Shown here: positions 12,264 through 24,323 of the stretch, in pieces
How positions within the stretch are numbered: position 1 is the stretch's first letter
Layout: each line of letters opens with the position of its first letter
Assembly: GCF_006345805.1 (NCBI RefSeq)
Contig: NC_043014.1
Coordinates: 35,216,001 to 35,280,000 of the forward strand
DNA from: Octopus sinensis
Taxonomy: Eukaryota
Direction: 5' to 3'
DNA length: 64,000 bases
Made by a program: the position numbers and the translations under genes
Notes under the pieces: model-generated
What the model saw: only the letters and a program-made list of their open reading frames with translations
Told to the model about the DNA's origin: nothing
Database searches by the model: none

Positions 12264-12698
12264 TACAAAATTAGAAAATGGAGAAACATACTTAAATCAA
12301 TCAAACATCAACCATCAAATGATACCCAATCAATACTTTATTACACCATTACATAACAGTAAAGGCATTATACAAAATATATTGTAAATATAATTAGACA
12401 AGGAAATAGAAATATAAAATATAAAATATAATATATAATTATATCATATCTGACAGCTGTTTCGATATATATATATACATATATGTGGGTGTGTATGTTT
12501 GTGTGTCTGTGTTTGTCCCCCCAACATCACTTGAGAACCGATGCTGGTGTTTACGTCCCTGTAACTTAGCGGTTCAGCAAAAGAGACTGATAGAATAAGT
12601 ACTAGGCTTACAAAGAATAAGTCCTGGGGTTGATTTGCTCACCTAAACAAGGCGGTGCTCCAGCATGGCTGCAGTCAAATGACTGAGACAAGTAAAAG

Positions 12699-12743
<45 letters not shown>

Positions 12744-12789
12744 AGCCTTGTGAGTGGATTTGGTAGATGGAAACAGAAAGAAGCCCGTC

Positions 12790-12827
<38 letters not shown>

Positions 12828-12922
12828 CGGGAAGGTTTACTAAAATAAACAAAAGACGAAGGCAGGTGGAGTACAAATAAACAATGTATTAATATGGCGC
12901 TCCGGAATAGAAATAAAACAAG

Positions 12923-12960
12923 TCTTTTACGTTTCGAGCCTACGCTCTTCGACAGAAAGA
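12923..12960 (-). ncRNA. Minimal type I hammerhead-like motif (core variant CUGUCGA)
   Basis: UCUUU-CUGUCGA-A-GAGC(GUAG)GCUC-GAAA-CG-UA^AAAGA. Confidence 0.6.
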
Positions 12961-13611
12961 TACACAGAAAAGAAACAAGGAGAGAAAAAAATTGCGTGTA
13001 GGGGGTAACGATATATATGTGTACGTGTGTGTGTGTGTCTGTGTTGTCCCCCACCATCGCTTGACAACCGATGTTGGTGTGTTTACGTCCCCGTAACTTA
13101 GTGGTTTGGCAAAAGCGCCCGATAGAATAAGTACTAGGCTTACAAAGAATAAGTCCTGGGGTTGATTTGTTCGACTAATGGCGGTGCTCCAGCATGGCCA
13201 CAGTCAATCAAATGACTGAAACAAATAATTATATATATAATGTGTGTGTGTGTGTGTGTGTGTGTGAAGGCGCATGGGTCAGTGGTTAGAGCGTCGAGCT
13301 TACGATCGTGAGGTTGTGAGCTCGAATCCCGGACCGGGCTGCGTGTTGTGTTCTTGAGCAAGACACTTTTTTCACGTTGCTCCAGTTCACTCAGCTGTAA
13401 AATGAGTTGCGACGTCACAGGTGTCAAGTTTTATCGGCCTTTGCCTTTCCCTTGGATAGCACTGGTGGCGTGGAGAGGGGAGGCCAGTATGCATGGGCGA
13501 CTGCTGGTCTTCCATAAACAACCTTGCCCGGACTTGTGCCTGGCAGGGTAACTTTCTAAGTGCAATCCCATGGTCTGCGTCGTGACCAAAGGAGGTCTCA
13601 TATATATATAG

Positions 13612-13695
13612 AACCCTTTTGATACTGCTGGAAGGGTCGGACTAAGTTATATATATATAACGTAGTCCGACCCTTCCAGCAGTATCAAAAGGGTT
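13612..13695. repeat. 84-nt near-perfect palindrome
   Basis: 33-bp perfect arms AACCCTTTTGATACTGCTGGAAGGGTCGGACTA and their reverse complement, around a self-complementary (TA)n core. Confidence 0.95.
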
Positions 13696-14003
13696 AAATT
13701 AGCAATATTATCATGCTTCTTATGCTTCACTGATCGGAACAACATTACTTTCAACTTCGTCAATGCCTAAAAACATGAACAGAATACACACCCACTTTCA
13801 TATATATACATTTATTGATTTTATTCATTTGACTGTGGCCATGCTGGGACATAGGTCCATTTCATGGCTTTAGTCAATCATATCAACACTAGTAGTCATT
13901 TCAGTTTGCTGGGGTCATTTATGATCTGTCGGACTTACTAAGTCATGACACAAAACGGGCTACTAGTAGAAACTACATCATGTTTTAGACTGTAAACACA
14001 AAG

Positions 14004-14040
<37 letters not shown>

Positions 14041-14379
14041 CATACATAGATTTATACAGGGCAAGCTTCTGAAAAGTTTCCATTCAGCAAATTCCCCACA
14101 CAAGGTATAACTCGAAGCTATTAGAAGTCACTCGCCTTATGTACTGTGCAATGGGATTGAAACCAGGGTCCGAATTTTCTAATCAGAGTTATGCTTTCGT
14201 ATATATCATAAACTAAACAAGTTTTCGTTGCTACTCGAGTTTCAAGCTTTCTAATGTTTCAGTCATATGAAAGATCGGTCAAAATTTGTAAAGTCTTAGT
14301 TTAAATAAAAACATAAACCAACTCTACTCCATGTGTAGGGTACTATCTTCCTCTTTCGTTTACGAACTGCAACATTTGT

Positions 14380-14418
<39 letters not shown>

Positions 14419-15540
14419 GCATCTTGGGCAAGTGTCTTCTGCTATAGCCCCGGGCCGACCAATGCCTTGTGAGTGGATTTGGTAGACGGAAACTGAAAGA
14501 AGCCTGTCGTATATATGTATATATATATAAGTGTGTGTGTATATGTTTGTGTGTCTGTGTTTGTCCCCCCAGCATTGCTTGACAACCGATGCTGGTGTGT
14601 TTACGTCCCCGTCACTAGCGGTTCGGCGAAAAAGACCGATAGAATAAGTACTGGGCTTACAAAGAATAAGTCCCGGGGTCGATTTGCTCGACTAAAGGCG
14701 GTGCTCCAGCATGGCCGCAGTCAAATGACTGAAACAAGTAAAAGAGTAAAAATATATATCGTTAGTAATTTATTTGTTTGATCACGGGAACAATTGCATT
14801 GGATTCTACCTTGAGGATAAGTGGCAGAGTAACTCAAATAGAGCAACGAAAGTGTGACAGTAACACGAACATCTATCACCTTGATGTAAACTTTAGTTAA
14901 AATCAGTAACATTCAGTGTATGAAACGAGGTTCAACTATATAAATGACAGGAACAGTCCACTTGTCGGTCACGCACACGATTCTCAGCTGTCCAATTTCA
15001 CTCACAAGGTTGAGGCGACCTGAGGCATTGGCAGAAGACACTAGCTCAAGGTGTCACGCAGTAGTATCGAAATACATTTCACATACTTGCTCGACGTAGA
15101 TACTTAACCTGCTAGAAATAACAACCGAATCTCCTTCAAAATACACATTACCGTCTTAAAAAAAAAGGACACATAGAGAATGTAGTTGTGGACATGCTTA
15201 AATTATAGGAATGCTGGATCAGGACAAGTTGGGGTTAAACAACAATAACGCGAAAAAATATATTAAATAATGAAGTCCTCGGCATATTACGTCCGAAAAA
15301 AAAAAAAAAGAAAAGAAAACGATAGGATCTTTACAAGAACGTTTTGATTTTATATCTGTTGGATTTGGGTCCGACCTGGGGCCAAGTAGTAACAACATAA
15401 GAATCGAAAAGACAAGGTGGCGTGAATATATATGAAAATACATTCTTCACAAGCATATCTTGAATATTTTAGTTTTCTGTGCACGAAAATATAAACATAT
15501 ATATTGAATATACGTGTGTGCGTGTATACATACACACATA

Positions 15541-15587
<47 letters not shown>

Positions 15588-15649
15588 GACAGATAGATAG
15601 ATACTTTGATTTCTGTTTATATATTCTCTCTCTCATATATATAAATATG

Positions 15650-16115
15650 AGAACGGAATTTCATAGAAATATAGTAATGTTTAGAAACAACTCAGAAGGT
15701 AATACCAACCTGTTTTTGATTCTGAAATCCCATTAGGATATTATATCAAGCTTTTTTTTTTCTGCGATAATATCACATACATAAAAAGAAAAAGGAAAAC
15801 TGTGACAATCGTTTTGTTTTTAAATAATCCATCAATATTAACGTTTCAAAATATGTATTGTACATAGTTCTACCGCAGGCGCACATAAAAATATGTATTG
15901 CTATATATACACCATATAATTTCATCCATACAAATATATATAAATATGTGTAAAGCTTCGGTCAATTCATAGATTTTCTTGGTGGCGTTGAATAGATCGA
16001 CACCGTTTGAGGTTAATAATTTACTTCTAAGCAAGAAGAGCGTTATCATTAGCCATTCAAGTAAATTGTTGTTGCTCTCTGTCTCTCTCTCTCTCTCTTT
16101 GCCCGGAAACTATTT
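15650..16115. promoter_or_regulatory. Probable shared (divergent) promoter region of BAG1 and the zinc-finger gene
   Basis: The genes diverge. Repeat-poor segment with relatively more CpG, an ETS-like CCGGAA at 16103-16108 and a (CT)n tract upstream of the BAG1 start. No TSS data. Confidence 0.35.
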
Positions 16116-16148
16116 ATGTCATCTACAGCTGTCACCTTTCACCGGTAA
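16116..16148 (+). other. uORF MSSTAVTFHR* whose stop overlaps the BAG1 ATG (TAATG)
   Basis: ATG at 16116, 10 codons, TAA at 16146-16148 sharing its last A with the ATG at 16148. Confidence 0.6.
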
Positions 16149-16223
16149 TGTTCAATTTCTTTTCTCTCCTGAACATGTCAACCGGCGTTGTGGAGAATGT
16201 CTTAAAGTTAGTTTGTTCTCACG
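16148..16223 (+). CDS. BAG1: BAG1 exon 1 (coding part; MFNFFSLLN-MSTGVVENVLKLVCSH-G; alternative ATG at 16175)
   Basis: In-frame ATGs at 16148 and 16175. Phase-1 donor CACG|GTAAGA joins exon 2 in frame; LVCSHG matches the start of the BAG1 UBL domain (human VTHS). Confidence 0.8.
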
Positions 16224-17586
16224 GTAAGATTTCTTTTTTTTTTATTTGTCTTCACAACAACAGCTAAAATACATTTTAATGACGTAAAAATCTTTTTGTA
16301 TTTCCTTTCAAAATTTTAACTGTTATTATTGGGGTTTTTTTTCACTCTGTTTCGGCCAGAACTTCAGCTTGTTTTCGTTTCACAAAAATAGGTTAAGTCA
16401 TTGATTTGTGTCATGAAAGTATGTATCGGAGAGAGAGACATAACAAAAGTGAAAGCTTCTGTGTGTTGGTGAGAGCGTCGCATTGTTTTTGAGGTTTATT
16501 CTAGTATATAAACACAAAAATACACACTTTATTAAATTGATTGTACGAAAATCGGTATAACGATAAACTTGTAACCGTCGACATTTCAGCTTAGAATAAA
16601 AAATTTATAACCTACGATACACCCTTAATTTCTTTGCACGGGGAATTTTGACTGTTTTAAGTTTTCTTCCTATAAAAGGCTGATCAAGGACAAAATAATA
16701 AAAGAATGCGACGCTTTCACGTTATCCGTACAATCAAACTTGTTTGCAATCACTCTAATGTGTTAAGAAATAAAGGGCTCATTGAATGATTCTGATGAAA
16801 AGAAAAAGGAATGATTATAGATGGAACATCTTTGATTACAAGTCTACTGATTATAAAACTCGCCTGTCGTTTAATAACACTACCAAAATATGATATTACA
16901 AACAATAACAGTGACAGTTCAAGTTAACAAGGTACTTCTAAAGGCAAGATTTCCTTTCGTACCCACCCAACAAGCAGCACCGCCCCCGAAAAAAATTTGG
17001 GAGAAAATGATGGGACGGGAGGAAGTCCATCCCTTCTAAATACTAATTCAACAAGCTAGAAATAGCAGCCAAATTATCTTAAAATTACATGCTACCATCT
17101 TTAAACTGACCGGTTAAAGTAGTTCTACCTAGACACTACTTTAGAAGATAGGGGTATGGCTAGAATCCCTTTGATCATAGACTCCTCAGTCGTATTTGAC
17201 TAGGAGCTAAACGACAAAGTCAATATTACCTACAGTTACATTTTCTTATTATCAACAGCAACTACACCACTAGCGATGCCAACAACTACTTGCTTCAACT
17301 TCTATGTCAGACATTCCAACACTGGGGTAACTGTCGCCAGAGAGTAACTTCCTGATTCTGAATTTGTGTGCGTATATATATATATTCCAACAAAGAGGTT
17401 GTGAATCCAACCAACAAAGGGATAATATCTATCCAATATACTGCTGGTAGAATACCCAATTATTAATATACAAGTGTTTTTTATTTCATTGCAATTACAT
17501 TACCGAGTGTACTAACATATATGTAAGGTATATGTAACATATATATTATGCATGTATGTATATTCTTGTAATTATCATTTTAGTAT

Positions 17587-17679
17587 GTTTCGTGGCTATA
17601 ACTTCAATTCAAATTACAATTAAATTGAAATTTAATCAAAAAACAATTCACTTTAAAAGTATAGTCACTCCTCAGGTCA
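17587..17679 (-). ncRNA. Degenerate hammerhead motif related to 59051-59145
   Basis: CUGAGGA-GUGACUAUA...UAUAGCCAC-GAAAC; stem III, cleavage site and stem I 3' strand are not recognisable. Confidence 0.55.
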
Positions 17680-19914
17680 ACAATAATAACAATAATAGTT
17701 AAATAAATAATCAAATAGAATTAAACAATATTTCTTAAAGAAATAAAATCATGATTCTTCTTATAGAAGCTAAATTTGAAACTTAAAAAGTAGGACCAGG
17801 TATCTATAATACATTTATCATGTTAAAAACCTAAATATAGAGTAAATAGATAAAAAAACGTATTTTATCTGTGAAGATATATTTTAGCTTTGAGAATAAC
17901 ATTAACAAACTATAGTATATCTTTTCACTACCTATACTCTAATATTTTACATTACAAACTATTTTACAAATCAATCACACATAATACTTTTAGATTTTAG
18001 TTCAATATAATAATTATAATTAACAAATAAAGCAATTAAAAATCCATATTTTTGCAATCAATAAACATATAAATAAATAAATTACTCCATTATTTCTTAA
18101 ATATTATACTTATCATTCCGAAAATATTTATGAAATAAAAAATAAAAAATTCCAAAACTAAAAACGTATTACTTATTGTTTATAAAATTAGTTGCGAAAA
18201 AGTACTTATTATTATGTATATATAATTATTTCCTTGTGTGTGTGTGGTGGATAGACATGCCCAAACCAAAAAAACCCATGGTGTTGACACAAATGCTTTA
18301 CACTGTAACAGTAGACACCCTATCACTTGCTAATTACATCCGGCATCAAAACACTGCTACTACTTCTACTACAGTAACAACAACAACAAACCTGTTTATA
18401 TATTCCAACGTGACTTTATTCAAGTTTTAAAGAAATGCATGGTTGGTGGATTCTAGGAATTCAACACAACTGAATTTTAAACCCTGGCTCCAGTTACTTG
18501 ACGTTGATAATGATAGATAATTAAAGTTTATCACGTTTTTGCTTTATCATAAGATAAAGTTTCTGTTTAGCCCTGGATCAGCTCTGATCATGGTTTAGGT
18601 GTTCTAACCATGAGCATCTATTCATTTATTATTATTTTCCCATCAAAAATGTATCCCAAACTACCTAATCCAGTCTGTCCCTTAATAGAACTGTACAGTG
18701 TGATTTGAAGGAGATTTAGCTATAATTTCTAATGGATCCAGAGACCACATGGATGATCTCTAACTCTTATGATTAATTTAAGGAACACGTGTAAATCAGA
18801 CTTAGGCAAACTTTTGTAAGAAGTGGGCTGCATGAGACACGGCTCATCGTCAGACGGCTGCATATTAAAAACTTTCCAGAGTAATTTTTAGTGAAGCATG
18901 CAATTCTGAGAGCCCCACAGGCACCAGGTTGCCCACAACTGATGAAAATAATTCACTGATGCAAAACCTGTTTGTTTATGCTGAATCTATATGTCTTAAT
19001 TAGTGCGTGTATGATGAGAGGTGGGGGTCTGCGAGGGGCTTCGATTATAGCCTTTGTAGGTTCTCACCAGCCCTTCCCTGTCAGTGTCAATGTGAAGGTC
19101 AGTTGTCAGGATCATCATCTTTATGGAGAAAAGACTGAAACAAGGAATGATTCCAGAGGGTGATTAAACTGGGGAAGAAGGATTGTGTAGGAGGGGTGTT
19201 TAGTGTTATATGTGGAGGAGGGGGAGGTTGAGAGGAGTGAAAGACAGAGAGTTGGTTGAGTGGTTAAGGTTCCTGTGTTTTGAGTTCAAATCTCATTCAG
19301 GGTCAACTTGGACTTCCTTCTTTTTGGAATCAGTTTATATACAGTACCAGTTATATTCTGGGGATGAGTCTCCTTGGCTATGGTTGAGCTGTTTGTATAC
19401 ATATGTTGTATATATATATTAAAAATAAATGCACCCTTTTAAAGCCTAGCCAGGCTCATGGGCCCGGTTTCCTGGTTTCTATGGCATATGTGTTCCCCAG
19501 CTGGACGGGATGCCAGTCCATTGCGGTGTTACTCATTTTTGCCAGCTGAGTTGACTAGAGCAATGTGAAATGAAGTGTTTTGCTCAAGAACACGTGTCGC
19601 CTGGTCCAGGAATCGAAACCACAATCTTATGATCATGATGCTGACACCCTAACCACTAAACCATGCGCTTCCACACACTCACACACACATATATATATAT
19701 AAAGACGTAGAAGTGGCTGTGTGGTAAGTAGCTTGCTTACAAACCACATGGTTCCGGGTTCACACACACACACACTAATTAAGATGTGTATAGATTCAGT
19801 CCCACTGTGTGGAAACTTGGGCAAGTGTCTTCTACTATAGCCTTGGGCCGACCAAAGCCTTGTGAGTGGATTTGGTAGACGGAAATTGAAAGAAGCCCAT
19901 CATATGTGTGTGAG

Positions 19915-20680
19915 TTGGCCCTGCTCAATCTGTAGAAAAGGTGTAGGTAGGAACTCCATAAGAAGTACCCAGTGTAAGCTATGGACACATAAGAGGTGCA
20001 GCAACATCAAAGGAAAATTAACCGAGAAGATAGCTTTCGTGTGCGGCAGATGCACAGGGGTAATAGACACCACAGATACTCAGAAAACAGATTTGATCAC
20101 ACTCAAGTGGAAGAGACTAGAAGTAGTTGATAGTTTTCACTACCTAGGTGACCAAGTTAATAGTGTGGGTGGATGCTCAGAGATTGTTACCACTAGAATA
20201 AGAATAGTCTGGGCAAAGTTCAGAAAGCTTCTCCGACTGGTAACAAAGGATCTCTCGCTCAGAGTGAAAGGTAGATTGTACGACGCATGGGTGCGAACTG
20301 CCATGCTTCACAGCAGTGAAACATGGGCTGTGACTGCAGAGGACATGTGTAGGCTCAAAAGAAATGAAGCTAGCACGATCTGCTGGATGTGTAATGTCAG
20401 TGCGCATGCAGCATGACAGAGTGTGAGTGTAAGTGCCCTGAGAGAAATGTTGGACATAAGAAGCATCGGATGTGGTGAGCAGGAGAGACGTTTGCATTGG
20501 TATGGTCATGTACTACAGATGGATGAGGAGAGATGTGTGAAGAGGTGTCACTCCCAAACTGTCAAAGGAATCCGGAGTAGAGGTGGTCAAGCATGACCTT
20601 CGAATGTTGGGCCTCACAGAGGCCATGATGAAAGACTGAGGCCTCTGGAGATATGCTATGACTGCAAAGACCTGACAAAT
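19915..20680 (+). mobile_element. Degenerate RTE 3' fragment, same family as 42163-45740
   Basis: WPCSICRKGVGRNSI...LEVVDSFHYLGDQV...ETWAVTAEDM. Confidence 0.88.
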
Positions 20681-21894
20681 GAAGTGAGTTGATGGCTCGT
20701 AGGATGGCCTGCTGTGCTAACCTTGTATTGTTGGGCGACCTGTTGTGCTTGAGTCAAGTACATCAACATCAAAATAATGGAAATTGTAGTTGTGATACCC
20801 ATGCTGGTGGCATGTAAAAAGCACCATCTGAACGTGGCCGATGCCAGTGCTGCCTTGACTGGTGCCTGTGCCAGTGACACGTAAAAAGTACAAACCGATC
20901 ATGGCTGTTTGCCAGCCTCCTCTGGCCCCTGTTCTTAGTAGTAGAAGACAATATATATGTGAAGATGTATAGACATGCATATATCATGCATGTATATAGA
21001 TATTTATACATATCAACACCTACACATACAACACGTACTCATGTATATGTACATACATACTCCCATATATATATGCATCTGTATGTATTATCGCCCCTGC
21101 ACACGCAGGTATATATACCTTACACACAGAGACACACATGCATATATGTATGCACGCATATACACACGAATATAATTAGATGTTTGTGATATTCGAGTAT
21201 GAAAGAGGAATTAGATATGAATTAGGAGTTAAAATGTAGAGTTATGATCCCAAGGTTATTGGGATTACATAAGGGGTATTGTGGAAATATACTGTATGGT
21301 CATTTAGGCATTTGGATTTGTGGTAGAATTTGAATTGAAAAAAGTGGTGGTTGCGTGTGCTTAGTGCCTCATTATGATTATTTAGCAGTTATGTGGGAGA
21401 AAATGGCTAAAAGCAGTCTTTGTATCCTTTTAGATAAGTGTAAACATGCTGTTGTTTGTAATATGCAGTCTTTCATATGTTCTCAAATGCATTTTTTACA
21501 TATATGAAAACATGCTGTAGTTCACAAGACAATTTTTTTTATCCAGGACTGTTTCAAGTATATTCGAGACCCTTTGGCAAAGCAGTATTCTGTGGCCCTT
21601 AACCCTCTTTCTTGTGCTTTCTTGACCTTCATGGAATTGCTGCCAAATTTTTCTCAAACATCACCCTATTGTTCTTAAATTGGTTATTCAAGATAAACTT
21701 ATACAGAATATAAATATGCCAGGAAACAAAACAAGATGTTGATAGCAAGAATGTTGATTGAAGGATGAAATTTTAAAACACAGGAAATTCTGTCAACACA
21801 TGTTGATATCGGAAAATAATAGAAACAAAATCTCAAGCACATAATAGGCCCTAATACCTTTACAAAAGTAAGATTTTTTTTACAATATCTTTAA

Positions 21895-22114
21895 CCCTCT
21901 CATTACCAACCCGGCTGAAACCGGCCCTGGCTCTGAGTAAAAATGTCTTGTTTTCATAGGTTTTGAATTAAAATCTTCCACCAAACCTTAGTCACAATTT
22001 ATGTTCTTAACACTAGCTCAATGATAATTAAGTTATTTTACAAAATTCTTTGTTATATTTAAAATAATTGAGAGAAACACAGGGCATCTCAAAATAAATA
22101 CAGTAATGAAAGGG
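21895..22114. mobile_element. TTAA-flanked MITE, same family as 10633-10853
   Basis: TTAA|CCCTCTCATTAC ... GTAATGAAAGGG|TTAA; internal sequence closely similar to the first copy. Confidence 0.8.
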
Positions 22115-22325
22115 TTAAAATTATGTTGCAAAATTAGCAAACACCATAAACAAATTATTCAGACGATGTACAACTTTTCAATGTAAACGATAATGATTTC
22201 CAATATAGTTACATAGTCACACGTTTTTGTCAGTTGAATATAATCTTCTTTATGATTCTTTTCACATCTATGATGCAACATAGGAGTAGGTATATAACCA
22301 AAGTCTACTAAAACTGAAAGAACAC

Positions 22326-22820
22326 TTGGAAACGCAAGCGCTACAGTTTGTTGCTATAACATTTCTAAACACCCACAGTCCTTGTCAGTTCAGGAAAACC
22401 TACCGTGAAACACTCAGACACTTGTACAACAAGGAAGAAATATGTGAAATAATGAAAGACTGGGGAAAAGTGGAATGGGATGACAGCTGGGATAGGGTAG
22501 GGTTGATGTATGTAATAATTTCTGAGGACCAAGTAAAAGAACTTAAGGAAAAATTTTTAAAGAAAAGTTATAAATTGATTAGGCAAAAATTGAACCAGAT
22601 AAAAGAACTGAACTGGAAGAAATATATGGAACTAAACTGGAGGACTACATGTTTTTCATACAGTTATAGGGAAGAAGGACAGGTAAGTGATGTTATCGGA
22701 TGGGGCCATTAGCATCGCTTTCATTTTTCATTTTCGTACGTCTATGTATTTGTGATGTTTTGTGCCCCCAATGTTTGTAATGTCCCCCTCTGTGTAAGTC
22801 CTTTATGGGTAATAAAAAAT
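22326..22820 (+). mobile_element. Probable LINE 3' end fragment (ORF C-terminus, T-rich UTR, A-rich tail)
   Basis: 128-codon K/E/W-rich ORF, then a T-rich UTR ending GTCCCCCTCTGTGTAAGTCCTTTATGGGTAATAAAAAAT. Confidence 0.45.
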
Positions 22821-23386
22821 CAGAGAGTAAGAGGAAGGGGCCTAAGTGGAAGACAAGATCCAAAAAGAGAAGCCCTCTTCCTTGGAAGTCATGGGATTCA
22901 CCATTCTTCAACTAACCAATAGAGAATTGAAAGCTGAACAAAGATTAGAGGAGTAATGTGCTGACTGAGGAGGTGATGGGGGCCAGATTTTGTAGAACTT
23001 CTAAATGTTAAATTGCTAGTGTAAACCAAACCAGCCATTCACCAAGAACTACACATGAACTACCCAAGGGACAAGGTGGAATTTGAGCCAAGTCCAGCAA
23101 CAAGGGTACTGACATGCATCCCAGGTTCTAATACCAAGAGTTTTAAATTGTAGTCGTAGGTCACATCCTGGGTGACAGCTTCTTACCTGTGTATGGATAT
23201 ATTGTCCATTTTTACTTTTCATTTATGCTCATTTATATAATAGTCACAAGAAAGGAATCTGGTTGTAAAATAATGTCTTTTAATGTCCTACCAAAGTCAG
23301 TTTTTGTCTTTTATCATTTTGGGGTTGTACCAGTTTAGTACTATTAACTAACCCCCTTCCATCAATGTGGTAAGTAGCTATAGATA

Positions 23387-23755
23387 CAGGAGTAGCTGTG
23401 TGGTAAGTAGCTTGCTTACCAACCACATGGTTCCGGGTTCAGTCCCACTGCATGGCACCTTAGGCAAGTGTCTTCTGCTATAGCCTCGGGCTGACCAAAG
23501 CCTTGTGAGTGGATTTGGTAGACGGAAACTGAAAGAAGCCCATTGTATATATGTATGTGTGTGTATATGTTTGTGTGTCTGTGTTTGTCCCCCCGACTGC
23601 TTGACAACCGATGGTGGTGTGTTTACGTCCCTGTAACTTAGCGGTTCGGCAAAAGAGACCGATAGAATAAGTACTAGGCTTCCAAAGAATAAGTCCTGGG
23701 GTCAATTTGCTTGACTAAAGGTGGTGTCAAATGACTGAAACAAGTAAAAGAGTAA
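23387..23755 (+). mobile_element. SINE family A (tRNA-like head, CORE-like GGCACCTTGGGCAAGTG, microsatellite middle, ~390 bp)
   Basis: Full copy. Other copies or pieces at about 1660-1790(-), 12069-12700, 14415-14750, 19710-19900, 32190-32510, 40255-40440(-), 48505-48903, 49520-49958 and 57295-57600(-), plus the copy split by the CR1 (25670-25943 and 30161-30410, -). Confidence 0.85.
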
Positions 23756-24323
23756 CCCCCTTCCATCAAAATTGTTGACCTAGGTCCAAATCATTATTAT
23801 TATTAAGACAACAAAATGGTAGAATCATTAGCAAGCACACTAGGTGAAATGCTTAGCAGTATTTCGTCTGCTGTTACATTCTGAGTTCAAATTCCACCAA
23901 CGTTGATTTTACCTTTCATCCTTTTGAGGTTGATGTAATTGACTTAATAACCCTGCCCAGCTGCCCTTGTGGCAAAAATTTGAAATCATCATTATTATTA
24001 TCATCATCTGTGCTGCTCACACCATCAGTTATTATTATTCTGAAGATACACCTGTAAGAAAAAGGTATTACAAAAGGAGAAAGGAGCTCTCTACCCACCT
24101 TTTGACCAGGCTCCCGTTGGCTTTAATGGGTTTTTCCACCAGGAACATTTCGTAACGCCTCCCCCTATTGGGAGTTTTTCGTTGTTACACTGTTTTTACA
24201 CAGTTTTTTGTAACTTTCGTCCTGTGTTTTGTCCCTTTATGTTTTAATTAATTTTTGTCAGCCCTTGTGGCCAATAAAAGAATTAATTATTATTATTATT
24301 ATCATTATTCTATTTCATTTCAG

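Noticed and set aside
13266-13345. tRNA-like sequence (also 36291-36365 and SINE A/B heads)
   Set aside because: It has A and B boxes but no complete cloverleaf or acceptor stem, and it continues into a repeated SINE body; these are tRNA-derived SINE heads.
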